Assembly (NCBI GenBank): GCA_964035545.1
Contig: OZ037773.1
Span: forward strand, 9,577,751 to 9,641,750
From: Bugula neritina
Taxonomy: Eukaryota; Animalia; Bryozoa
DNA: 64,000 bases
Reading direction: 5' to 3'
Shown here: positions 12,185 through 24,340 of the stretch, one piece after another
Layout of the letters: each line of letters starts with the position of its first letter
How positions within the stretch are numbered: position 1 is the first letter of the stretch
The notes under the pieces: model-generated
What the model was told of the DNA's origin: nothing
The model's input: the letters and a program-made list of their open reading frames with translations, nothing else
Databases searched by the model: none
Made by a program: the position numbers and the translations under genes

Positions 12185-13665
12185 ACTGATAAGGCAACCT
12201 AAACCTTTTTGCTATAGCATGGTGGAAGATAGACTCCAACATTTATCAATTTTTTGATACCATAAGCTATATTTCAGCTTTTTTGGTTATACTGTTTCGT
12301 TGCATGAACTTGCTGCAATCAGAGATAGTTTAATCCTACTCTTTTACTTTTGGTGATATAAAATATCTGTAACCGCTGGTATGATTAAGCTACAAAGTGT
12401 CTTTTATAAAGATGTACAATTTAAATGGTCTATATAATAATATTCTATAACATTGTTATTTCTTTATTTACCTTTATTATCATTCAAAATTTTTCCTATA
12501 TCATTTAAAATAACATACATCTTTGATTAAATTAACAGCATCCATGTTAGTAGAGCAGCTTCTGACATCATGCACATCACGGAAAAATAATATTTGATAA
12601 AATACTATAAAAAATACACTATTGCTAGTAGACCCATATATTAGCATCTATTGCTTTGAGCCATTTCAAATGATAATGTAGTAGTCGAACTAATATTATG
12701 TAGTTGTACCAAATGTATTTTTGTATAATCATACTTTGTATGTTGAACATTTTTAAACTCAGAAGTTCCCAAAAACAGTAATTTAAAAAAATTAATACCT
12801 TTTAAAGCCGCCCTATATATGAGCATGATATCACAATGTCACAATATTATGATGGCTTTTATTGTCTCAAGAAGCAAAATGGAACTTTAAATTTTTTTAC
12901 AATTTTAAAAACTCTTTCCTAATTTTAGACTAATGCTTGTGGTTATTACAGGGCAAGTTCCTAATAAAGATTCAAAAAGGGCGGTGCCAAAAGGTTTGCT
13001 AGAAGAAAAGCTTCCTAAAACTCTTCAGAAGTTGTCAAAGGAAAACCAGGCTATTTTTGAACTGGTTTTAAAGTTTGAACCAACTCACAGATTATCAGCA
13101 AAAAAGTGGCTTATTGAGTTTGAAAATTTCCAAGTAGAAAACTTAAAAGCATGAACTGATAAGGCAACTTAAACCTATTTGCTATATATAGCCTGATGGA
13201 AGATTGACTCCAACATTTCCCAATTTTCTGATAGCAAAAGCTATTTTACCTTTTTTGGTTACTGTATCTCTGTATGCATGCTGTAATCAGAGATAATTAA
13301 ATCCTACTATTTTACTTTTGGTTATATAAAATAGTAAAAAAGGCTGGTATGATTGAACTACAAAGTGTCTTTTATAAAGGGGCAATTTAAATGATCTAAA
13401 GTATTCTATAACATTGTTATTTCTCTACTTACCTCTATTATATCATTCAAAATTTTCCCTATATCTTTAATTGTAGTAAAACAACGGCATCCATCCATAT
13501 GTTAGTATAGAGTAGCTATTCTGACAACATAATGGATAAATAATATCTGATAAAATATTATAAAAATACACTTTTGCTAGTATACTCAGATCAGCATTTA
13601 GTGCTTTGAGCTATTTCAAATGATAATGTAGTAGTCGCACTAATATTATGTAGTTGTACCAAATG
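11734..13665. repeat. ~0.97-kb direct tandem duplication covering the last intron end, last exon and 3' region of the kinase
   Basis: Unit 1 is 11734-12710 and unit 2 is 12711-13665. AAATG occurs at all three boundaries. Confidence 0.9.
12952..13154 (+). CDS. Duplicated, possibly alternative, terminal exon of the ankyrin-kinase (GQVPNKDSKRAVPKGLLEEKLP...ENLKA*)
   Basis: Paralogous to 11967-12184 with the same acceptor context (GTGGTTATTACAG), the same phase and an open frame to TGA; 5 codons shorter. Confidence 0.75.
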
Positions 13666-14034
13666 AGCTATTGTAGTTTGAAACAATGCACTCGTACTTT
13701 TAAAATGCTATAAGTCTTATATCATTACAAAGTATTTTTGAGGCATTTACACACTACAATGTGAAGGTAAAAATTAATAAAATTCTTTGATGAATACAAA
13801 ACAGAGTGAAGAATTTGAAAAACTACAAAGACAGGCTTCTTGTCTATAATACTTGTTACAGCCAAAGTGAATTATGCTGAATTAACAAAAGGCTCTATTT
13901 ATAAATTCAGCAAATTCTGAAATAATCATTAATTTATATAGCCGTCTATGATTTTCCATAAAAATCATACAAAATATGTGTAGTGAGGAATCCACAACTT
14001 ATCATCTGGCAGTGATAATATATTATGGTGAAGG

Positions 14035-14250
14035 GAGCAGGCGTAGTTTAGGGGTTAGAGCGTTTGCTTAGTAAACACTAAGTTACGGGTCCACAACCCA
14101 GACAAAGGTCATTGGTGATGTTAGGAAGAGCATCTAGTCATAATTGCTCCTGTGCCTCATTTGAATAAGTCCTTAGCCAATTTAACAAAAACCCCTTCCA
14201 TCAGGAGTTTCTCACAGGGATAGCGACTATAAACCTTGCGTGAGTATAAT
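14035..14250 (+). mobile_element. tRNA-derived SINE-like element (most complete copy)
   Basis: GGCGTAGTTTAGGGGTTAGAGCG tRNA-like head, central GGAAGAGCATCTAGTCATAATTGCTC block and AT-rich tail. Related copies at ~4633, ~20414 and, reversed, ~50415. Confidence 0.6.
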
Positions 14251-16089
14251 TATGGTAATAGTAGTGGTGATAGGCTAGTGTTTAACAGCACAATATTTTG
14301 CATATCAAGAACTGTATGACTTGTTGCCTTTGTGCCAATATTTGATGAATTTACGCTAATAATATAATACGTAAGAATTGGGACATGTTCTTCAGCTAGA
14401 ATTGCTTTCAATGAGCATGTTTTTTGGGCTGGTAAGGAACTATAAGTTTCACCATGGTATTAGCATAACATACTATACTGTTACCTTCTTTATCAGGTTA
14501 TACCATAAATTATTGGCACAATATGAAATAGAAAATTGTAGACTACTAAAATAATTACTTATGAAACTAACTAACAAATTATGCAACTTATGATCTAATA
14601 TCATAGCAGTTGGTGCAAGGGCCACAGCTTCACATGCAGTGACTTGGGGGCATGTATAATATTATTATTATTGTATATTGTTTGCTGTATTAAGAGAATG
14701 TAACTCCAAATGTGCTCTATAAGACTGCATTTATTATATCTAAGCTATAGTACAATCAAACTTGCACTTAGCATTTGTAAAGGCAAAGGGAAACAATAAG
14801 AAGCATTCAGAGTTTCAATTCTACTTATAACATATTTTAGTGTTTTCATAATGTCAGCTGAGACTTTCGGAATACTTGCAGGAAAATATTCACTGCAAAG
14901 CAAAGCATTCATAGCTCATCAAATCTTGAATGCAATTTGTTTTGCCACGTTTTACACCGTATTGTGACGAAGTTGTCTGCCCCATGCCAGCACACTCTTC
15001 AATTCTCTTTAGATAGAAAACACGTTTTTATGAATCTCAGATACAAAAACATAACTATAGCAGATGTAGTGTTTGGAATTAGAATTGTAGACCAAATTTT
15101 CGATTTAGTTCAGTATTGCATTCATATTCTGAAAAAATTTGAAATAATTGTAATAAAATTGTGCTTTTATATAAAAATCTGTTACATAATACTTGAAATT
15201 GAAAATTGATTGAAACTAGTATAAAAATAGCAATTTTTTATGTTTTTTTTAATAAAAACCTCAACTTTCCACATTATTATAATATAATTTCTGCATGTAC
15301 TATTTTTATGGTATTTTAGGATACGATTTTTTTATAAATCTGTTATAGTAGATAATAGAAAAATAATTGTGCTCTATTATACGAGTGTTGTTGAAAAATA
15401 TTGGGAAAGAAGAGAAGCGTAGCAGTTATCTAAATATAAGTAGAAAACACAATTATCTGAAAAAAGATTTTTTGCTAAACACTATTTTTAAGCCTAAATA
15501 AACTACTCAATCGATTGTTAGGTTTATAAACTATATATTTATATAAAAAGATGCTTACCTATGCTTAAGAAATGCATTCGGACCAAAATTATTTAAGTTA
15601 TAGTATATATAAGCATCAAATATACATGTACATAACAAAAATGTTGCCTCAACTTTGAAAAGAATTGTTGGTGCAAATAAAATTAATGTACTGCCATTTA
15701 TATTTATAATTCTATCATTGAAATTGACAAAAAGATTGGATTGGTCAAAACCAGAGAAAATATAAGGTGTGCTATGAAGAGTTATAGCACTAAGATGCTA
15801 TAAAGTGTCAAGTTTCTAAGTCTGATAAAATAGGATTCCAAGTAAAGTGAAAAAACTTGCATGTTCATTTGCTAAGAGATTGAAGTACAAAAGCTTTAAT
15901 TATTCACTTGCTTTGGCTTCTGACAATTCACAAAGTTTTTTTGTTGAAGTATGCAATTTACTACATGATCATTGACTCCACATATTGATGTAAATTATTA
16001 TAGCATTGTTTCTATACAGGCTTTCAGAGAAAAAGCTATGATGAACAACTTGCAGCTAAACAACAGTCTTTTACGTACCTACTGATTTC

Positions 16090-16451
<362 letters not shown>

Positions 16452-17965
16452 CTACAAAATTAATTAACATGTCTAGCGTAAAATAAAAACATATTTATCA
16501 TAATCCTATGCATATAAAACTATTGGATGCAATGTGAGATTAGGGTTTAATGTCAAATGCTTGCAGGTTGCCGAAAGGTTAACACTGCTGAGATGTGTCA
16601 TATGGTTATGTATTTATGAAAAGTATTATGATACTCATACTAATAATTATTATAAACACTAATTCTTGGATATTGGCTAATGTGTAGTTACATGAAATGA
16701 CACACTAGAGTCATTCAACTTGTTGACACTTTATGTAATTCTATTTCTAGTTTATGCTGGTGCACTAGCTTAAGCTCCAACCACCACTAAGCATCCTCTC
16801 ACTAAAATCTAATCAAGTTGAAACTTGTTTTGCCACACAGACTACAGTTAACAAAGCCGCTATAATTGACAGCTGCTACAGCTACTACAGCTACTAGTAA
16901 CTCAGCAGTACATGTGAGTCATCATCAAGTGGAACTCAATAAGTATGACTAGAGCTTGCCATCTGTACAGTTATTGAGGTGAGTCAGTATTGTTATTTGT
17001 GTAGCTATAAGAATTAACTATATAATGCCAACCAATCAGCTTTCTTGTATAGCAAATATTACTAACAGTATTATGCACAGTATTGTATCATTGTATGACA
17101 GTTTATTTTCTTAAACAACATTTTAATTGCTTTTGTGCTGATTAGTAAAGAAAATATTCTAAGCATTTATAATGTATAGTTGTGAAAATTAAAAAAAACC
17201 AGCTGCCTGTTTCGCATTACTTTGTATACAGAATTTTCTCCTAGCTACTCTCTTTTATTGTGTTTTTTCTCCTTTTTATTATTATGGTGTGATTGGGTAT
17301 GTGATACTTTTCTAGAAACATTTGAGTTTAGGTTTTAGAGTATTTTTAAATTTTTTACAATTCAGCCTATTTATTTATCTTAAAATAAAAGTTCAAGAGC
17401 ACTATAAAAATTAGCATATAATTAAACTATATTACAGCATAACCAATACTCATAGTGATTTGAAAACTCAATTACTTTTTACCTCCTGCTTAAAATAAAC
17501 GTATATAATTTTGCAATGTGTAGTTTTAAGTATCAACTGCATACTTATATATAACTTTATTCCCAATTTAAAGCTTCGATATACACATATACGTGCATGT
17601 ATACAAAAAATAAATATTTTATAAATTTCTACTTTGCTATTTCTGTTTGTGAAAGCAATATTATATTATGTTGAAATTTCCAACTCTTAGCTGTTAATAT
17701 CTTTGCGTTTTGTTTATTTGTTGCAAAATGTTTTCAAAGTATTATAATATGCACTCCATATAGCGTTACTGTGGCATGCAGTGGTACCTAATAAACTGCA
17801 TTTGTGTTAAATTTACTAATTTTATCAGATTTGTGTCAAATCAAGTTTCTAACTCTTTACAATGTTCCTCAAAAAAGCAATTTCAATAAGTTTTTAAAAA
17901 TTGATATACTTATACTTACTTTATAGGCTGAATAATTTTGATTTTACTAGAAAACAAAGCAAAGA

Positions 17966-18122
17966 ATGACTCAGTACTATAAGAACTATCAAGACCGAAG
18001 GACTGTAGATTATTACAAGCAAAGTAGAGGGGCGAAGGGTTACCCAGACAGTAAAGTTGTTGATTACTACGACCAGGGTAGAGGGCTACACAAACAGAGA
18101 CATAACAAGTATGGATTCAGAG
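17966..18122 (+). CDS. Candidate first coding exon of a small Tyr/Gly/basic microprotein (MTQYYKNYQDRRTVDYYKQSRGAKGYPDSKVVDYYDQGRGLHKQRHNKYGFR...)
   Basis: Acceptor TTTTACTAG at 17950, donor AG|GTAACT after 18122, higher GC than flanks, and an internal peptide repeat VDYYxQxRG. The downstream exon is uncertain; 19001-19038 would give GIQNYYYSAQFY*. Confidence 0.55.
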
Positions 18123-20413
18123 GTAACTTTAAAATATATTTTAAGATTCGATATCTTATGTCAGTGAAGGACAGACGTATGTCAGTAATGTGACTTCATA
18201 TATATAACTAGTCAGGTACCGTAGTTTAGTATTGGTGATGCAATCTCTAGTTTGTGTAATAAACAGCATTTCTTGTCAACTGCATAAGGTGACCTGAGGT
18301 TTGATACTGAAGTAGCTTCAGGTACATTCCAAGGTTTTCCCGTTCAGGTGTGATGATATGTAGAAATTTGCAACCGTACTCTGTCACTCATTACACATGC
18401 GTGTGGAAATGTTGAAGTACCAAATCAACCGGTTTATTGTTTTCCGCAACTATAAATGAAATTCTATATATCTACAAATAAGTTATTATTCTAATTATAT
18501 GAATACTATAATTCAAGGTGTAAATTCATTTCAGAATTATTTTGCTTTTAACGTTAGTTTTTGTCTTCTCTTTTCTTTTCTATACAACACATTATTATTA
18601 GGGTTCCCCCGGTAATATATTATGGAATTTGCTTTCCATTTTTTTCCACTGTTTTCTAGCTCAGTGTGAAACTTAGAGTTATGTCCACCTATTGTAGGAT
18701 GCTAAAGCAGCAATACATCGGCCTTTCTTTTTAGTTGTTACAGTTTTTATACTTATTTTATACTTAAAGGAGAAGCCAGTTGTAGTTTTTATGATTTAAA
18801 AAATCCCGCTAACCTGTGAACTAGGAGTTTGAAGAGGTGTGGATATGTGAATTTACAGCTTTAGTGCTTGTCAGCAGTGTGGAGCTTCCCTCTGCATATG
18901 ATGCCTAAAAAGCAATATTTTGAAAACTAAACACATGACACATGCAATGGTATAAACAAAATGTCGTTATAAAGCTTTATATTTTATTTATGTTTGACAG
19001 GTATACAAAATTATTACTATAGTGCTCAATTTTATTAATATATTTTAAATGTTTTGGTTGATGCCAAAAAAGTTGACAGAAATTTATATGAACAGTTTTT
19101 TCCTTTCTAACAAAGTCTATGATTTATGCAGAAGGATAAAACATTCCTATATATAAATGTGATTTGGATGCTCCAATAGTAAACCCTGGACTTTTGTCAA
19201 GTGGGATATTCTCTTTTCACGTCACTTGGCAGCTTATACTCTGTACTATAATATATATTATACACTATATATTCTACACTGTAAACTATAATATGCACTA
19301 TATTTACTATGTATATTATATACTCTATGGTATATAGTCTATACTCAAGAATTAAGCTGTTGATTTACAGAAGTTATAAATCCTATAGCAAGTAGCATTA
19401 TGGACGATAGTAGCTTCAGACATTTATTCTAGCGTACTGCAGCATCAGATAGCCAGCTATAATATTCCTCAACCTTGCAACTCACTTCTCTGTCTCTCAA
19501 TAGCAGCCCTGCATCACACTGGTGTACCTGTAGACTAACCTCAATAACTATACAGCCCACATGTAGGTATGAGGACATAAGCTAGTCCCCAGTACAGCCA
19601 GCTATATAATCATACATTCATTTCTAGCAAGGTATTTCATCATAACCAGCACAAAATTAAACTGAACTGGTTTACTCTGTTCCATAACTCTTTGAAGTAG
19701 CTCTTGATTAAAGTGCATATACAGTACTGTATATTGTTGTCTATCCTTTGATTGTTCACAGTTGAATTTTCTTACGGGTTGGAAAAACCAAAACTTGAAT
19801 AAAATTTTATGCTGAAAAGTATGTTTGCTGTTTATTGTTTCCAACTTAAGGGATTTGATTGATTTGATTTCAATTACCCTATATGCAAATAAATAATGAG
19901 TGGACATCAGGGGGACTTTATCTCCATAATGCCTATTAGGAAACCTGACAATCTACTTATATACTAAGAGTGATGCAAAAGCTAGGAGTATTTAGGACTG
20001 TTGACTTATTTTACATTCTGCTGCGAGAGATGATAGCAGGCATTGACCTTAGTGTAGGTTTAAGAGCCCACTTATTTGATACCTCAGATGGCTATAGCAT
20101 GTGACCCATAATATTCATGGCAGTAATATCTCATAAATTATTCGTAAAGTGAAGGTGCCAAGTTACCAATTGTACCAAATCTTCACACCTGCATGGACTC
20201 TGAATATCAACTCATAAATCTATGGTTGCCAGGAATTTAGTGAATTTAAATTAGTGCTGCACCAGTTCCTTAGAGTACTGGTTACTCAGTAGAACTCACC
20301 AACTACTTCTAACTCTGTAATGCTGTAGATATAGATGTCCTAGCTTATGCATCTGTAGATATTATGTGGTTTGTGAAACTATTTATATTGCTTAGAGTTG
20401 CCTTCTAAAACCG

Positions 20414-20580
20414 GAGCGGTAATCTAAAGGTTAGAGGACTTATTAATTTAGTAAACGCAAGCTCAGTGGTACACATCTTAGTAAAGGCCATTGGCAATGT
20501 TCATATCAGGCCATAACTCCTTAGCTCTTTTTCTATCAGAAGTTCGAACAGGGATGGTGACCGTTATAGACCCACATGGG
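20414..20580 (+). mobile_element. Degenerate copy of the SINE-like element
   Basis: GGTTAGAG..TTAGTAAAC..AAAGGCCATTGG..CATAA..CAGGGATGGTGAC..TATA parallels 14035-14240. Confidence 0.45.
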
Positions 20581-23416
20581 TTTTTTAAGATTGCTTCAAA
20601 TAATGTACAATTAGTGCAACAAAATTCCTCATCTTTGATTAGATACAACAATTAATAAATATTAACTTGTCCATCTCTAATTTCATTTACCAGCTGAGCT
20701 GGTTTGATCTAGTTGATGCATAAATTCCTTTCCACTTGGTGAATCAGCATGCACTGCACGCACAGGTGAAGCACGTGTAGACTGGTGTAACCCACCATGG
20801 GTCTTGTTACATACCTACACTCTTTCCAATTCTAGTCTATAGATTGTAGCTACCACCATATATACTGGTAAAGTGATAGTAGTGGTGGCAATAGCAGTGG
20901 CAGTAGTGGTATCAGAATATCACTAGTATCAGTAGTATCACTAGTATAATAGCCATGTAGTAAAAGTATCATTAGCAGTAGTATAGTATCAGTATCAGTT
21001 ATAGTAGTAGCAGTAGCAACGTTAAAAGCAGTAAAATAGTTGTAACAATATCAACTATGCGATAAGACTAATAAACAAATAAATACAATTTTTACTCAGC
21101 ATGGCCAAAACTTCACTAGGATTTCTGATGATCCTAAAATATAAACTAAAGTTTTTTAAAGGAAATATACACATACAGGTATGCAGATGTGTGCTAAGAA
21201 AATATGCTTACATAACCTCAAAAATAGTTTAGTATAAATAAACTTACCTATACATAAAATTAGCATGCTTTAATTTATTGCAATCTAAAGTACGGCATAG
21301 TTATTATATAGTATATTAGTATAATTATATAACATTTTTTGCATTAAATCATTTGCCTAAACTCAAGAGCCAAGGCTGAGTGCAGAATGCATCGTTCATT
21401 CTACCTAAAAAAATTACGTTATATGAGTTTATAGCTACTATAGGTTATTCTAGAAGTTTTGACGCAGGTGTAGATCTCCAGCCACATTATCTAATTTTAT
21501 CACAAGTGACTGCGTTGTTTACAGCAATAGGAATTATTATTTAACAAAGACTCAGAACTTCTTATTTTCTGAAAGTTCGCAGAAAAACACACTTATGAAA
21601 CATCAATAATGTCACGGAACACTTGTTATACGCTGTCAGGTTGCTAAAGGCTATATGAAATGCCGTGACATGTGACATTCAGCAAATGCCAATATATTAT
21701 TTAGCTATGTGGTAAGGAAGTTGTACAAAAGTTGACAATAAATCGTTTTTAGCAGTGATTTGCAAATAAGAAAATTTGTTTTAATAACACATTGGCAATC
21801 CATTCCGTTTGGGACTTTGCATATGATTAGTGTATTATACTGATGCATACACTGATGTGCAATTAAAGAATCGAAGGCAGTGGATAGTGAGCAGTGAATA
21901 GTGCAAAGTCAATAGTTGCTTAACAAATAGTGCATATTAGCTGGTGATAAGTATATCTTAAAATTGAAAAAACATATTATAGTTGAATTAAAGAAATATC
22001 TCCTAGATTCATTATAAACACTTGCTGTATTGTAAAAGTGCTTGCAGTGTCATAATAACAAATCCAATTGAACTCGTTTCAAATAATACTGGGTGTATCT
22101 GCATTTGCAAAAGGAATACAAAAGCAACTATATTATGGTATTTGGCTGGTGCTAAAATAATTATAAAGAAGGTAGAACTTAAAATTTTTTGAGTTTATTT
22201 TCAGAACATTGTATAAAAGCTATAATACTCTTTAAAGACTTCGAAGACAAATTAAATTGGTTGCGCTGTGAAAAATGTTTTTAAACTTACAGATGGTTCT
22301 CAATATCAAAGCCACTTCTTATCTCGTTTTATGCCTAGAAATTCAGTCTTCAGGCCAAATGCTGATATCTCACTAATTGACCAGTCAGCTTGAATCTAAA
22401 AAATATCTTCAAGTAAAGTTTTACAGGTATACACAACTGCTATTATTAACAGTAATTGGAATATAAATATAGGTCAATTAGCCGTAGCTGATAAAGAATA
22501 GCTATTCATATGTCAACTCAGCAACTATGCATGGGAAAGACGCATCTGTGACAATATAGCCATTAGTAGTTTAAACTTTAGCAATGTTGTGCATTCAATG
22601 AACAAAAACGTAATAACAATACAGATGTTGAATCTTTGCATTTTACTTAAACTAGCTTCGAGTTTCATTCGAAGTAAATATGTACCCAAGAATGTTGTGC
22701 TTCAACGACCAGCATCTTCTAGTTAGCGACTGTACGAGAATCACTCTAATTGGTCAATACGTACATTCCACACTGCAATGAGTTCTAAGGGTTAGTACAG
22801 TCAAAAGCAAGCTGTGCCTCTCACATAAGAAGAGGTATCACGGATAGTGAGAACGTCTTAACACACTTATAACCATCTGTGAGTGTCAACAAGCATTTGT
22901 GTCTACTTGAACCAATATTAGCTCAAGCTGCTTCAAGATTTGATCACTATTAAAGGTGAGTAGACTAAACAGCAAGCTGTTGGGAATATTTCTCCTGCAC
23001 GCTTTTTTATAATAGACCCATTTTAATTGGTTTTTGATAACGAGTGCTCATCCAGTTGTGCGAAGTTACACACAGGTATAGTTCGTCTTTACACACAATT
23101 CAATATCAACTGTGGGTTTGTCAACAATAACAGTTTTCCAATAGTCTGAAAAAGTGCTACTTTGCTGTCTACAAAAGTTTTCAACACCGCAGGCTGGTTG
23201 TATAATAGAGCTAGACTAAGGTTATTGCACTAATTGAACGTTTGTACCAGCATCTGTGACGGCACACTCCCGGCTTTTGGTGTCACATGTTTCATGTGAG
23301 ACTGAGTAATAACTCGAAATCTCGTATTACCATTAGCGGCACAGCATACACTGTTTAACTCGGCACTACTCTACATTGTATAAAGTGAAAAGTCAGAAAG
23401 AAAAGATAGACATTGA

Positions 23417-24340
23417 ATGGGAAGGGTGTTTAAAATCCCACCAGAAATGGAGTTAATATACGATAAAGACAGTGACTACGAAGCTTACTGCAAACAGCTG
23501 TCTGACGACAAAGATTTGGCCGTGGAGCCGCCATCTTTTGCTCAGAGAGCCAAGAAATGGGAAATTTCTTTATCAAATACCAGACAGATAAACGATGCTT
23601 TTTATGGTAAGGCAAATGTTGTTGCTGGGTAGAGTTTGTGTCCAAAATTGCTGCAAAACATATGGCATCTTATATACACAATATTTACAGGGTGATAGCA
23701 CGAAAGCCCCGTATTTGTGTCTTATATAGTTAGGTTCTGAGTGTCTAACTTAGGTTTTCATTTATTATGAATTCAGATATCTTAAATTCAATAATTTTCA
23801 TTTGTGTTAAAAGATCATTGGGTTTAATTATAGCAGACTTACACACTTGTGCATTACTTACCCATGTCTGAAACTTACACATGTTTTAACCTCCGCTTAT
23901 ATGCACCCTGTGTATACACGTCTGCCAAATTAGCTACGACTAACACTAAAGTAGTAACTCCTGTGGCATCTTGGGTACAAAAACTTGCTGGAATGTGATG
24001 AAGATGTTTATCTGTGATCACTGCTACATTTTAAATCATGTAAAAGTAGATATCATGACTTTGTTATATAACTTGATCTGTATAAATTTGGTATTTTACT
24101 GCTAGCCTTTGCCGTATTGTTGGAATTGTATATTAGGTTTAACCTGCCCCAATTCTTCACAGATATACAGACTTTTTCTGGTTTTGTTTCATGAAGGAAC
24201 TATTCTCAATAAGACTAGGATTAAGTTGTTTCAACATACATAGAATTGGCAAATTTATGCAAGCTAGGATGAAGTTATTAAGGTCAAACCACATGTCTTT
24301 AATCTTTATTTATTTGACAGGAAAATATAAGTTCTGGTGA
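23417..24340 (+). CDS. Candidate 69-aa microprotein (MGRVFKIPPEMELIYDKDSDYEAYCKQLSDDKDLAVEPPSFAQRAKKWEISLSNTRQINDAFYGKYKFW)
   Basis: Exon 23417-23606 ends at a strong donor TATG|GTAAGG. A phase-1 acceptor TTTATTTATTTGACAG gives exon 24321-24340 ending in TGA. Protein-like composition. Confidence 0.55.
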
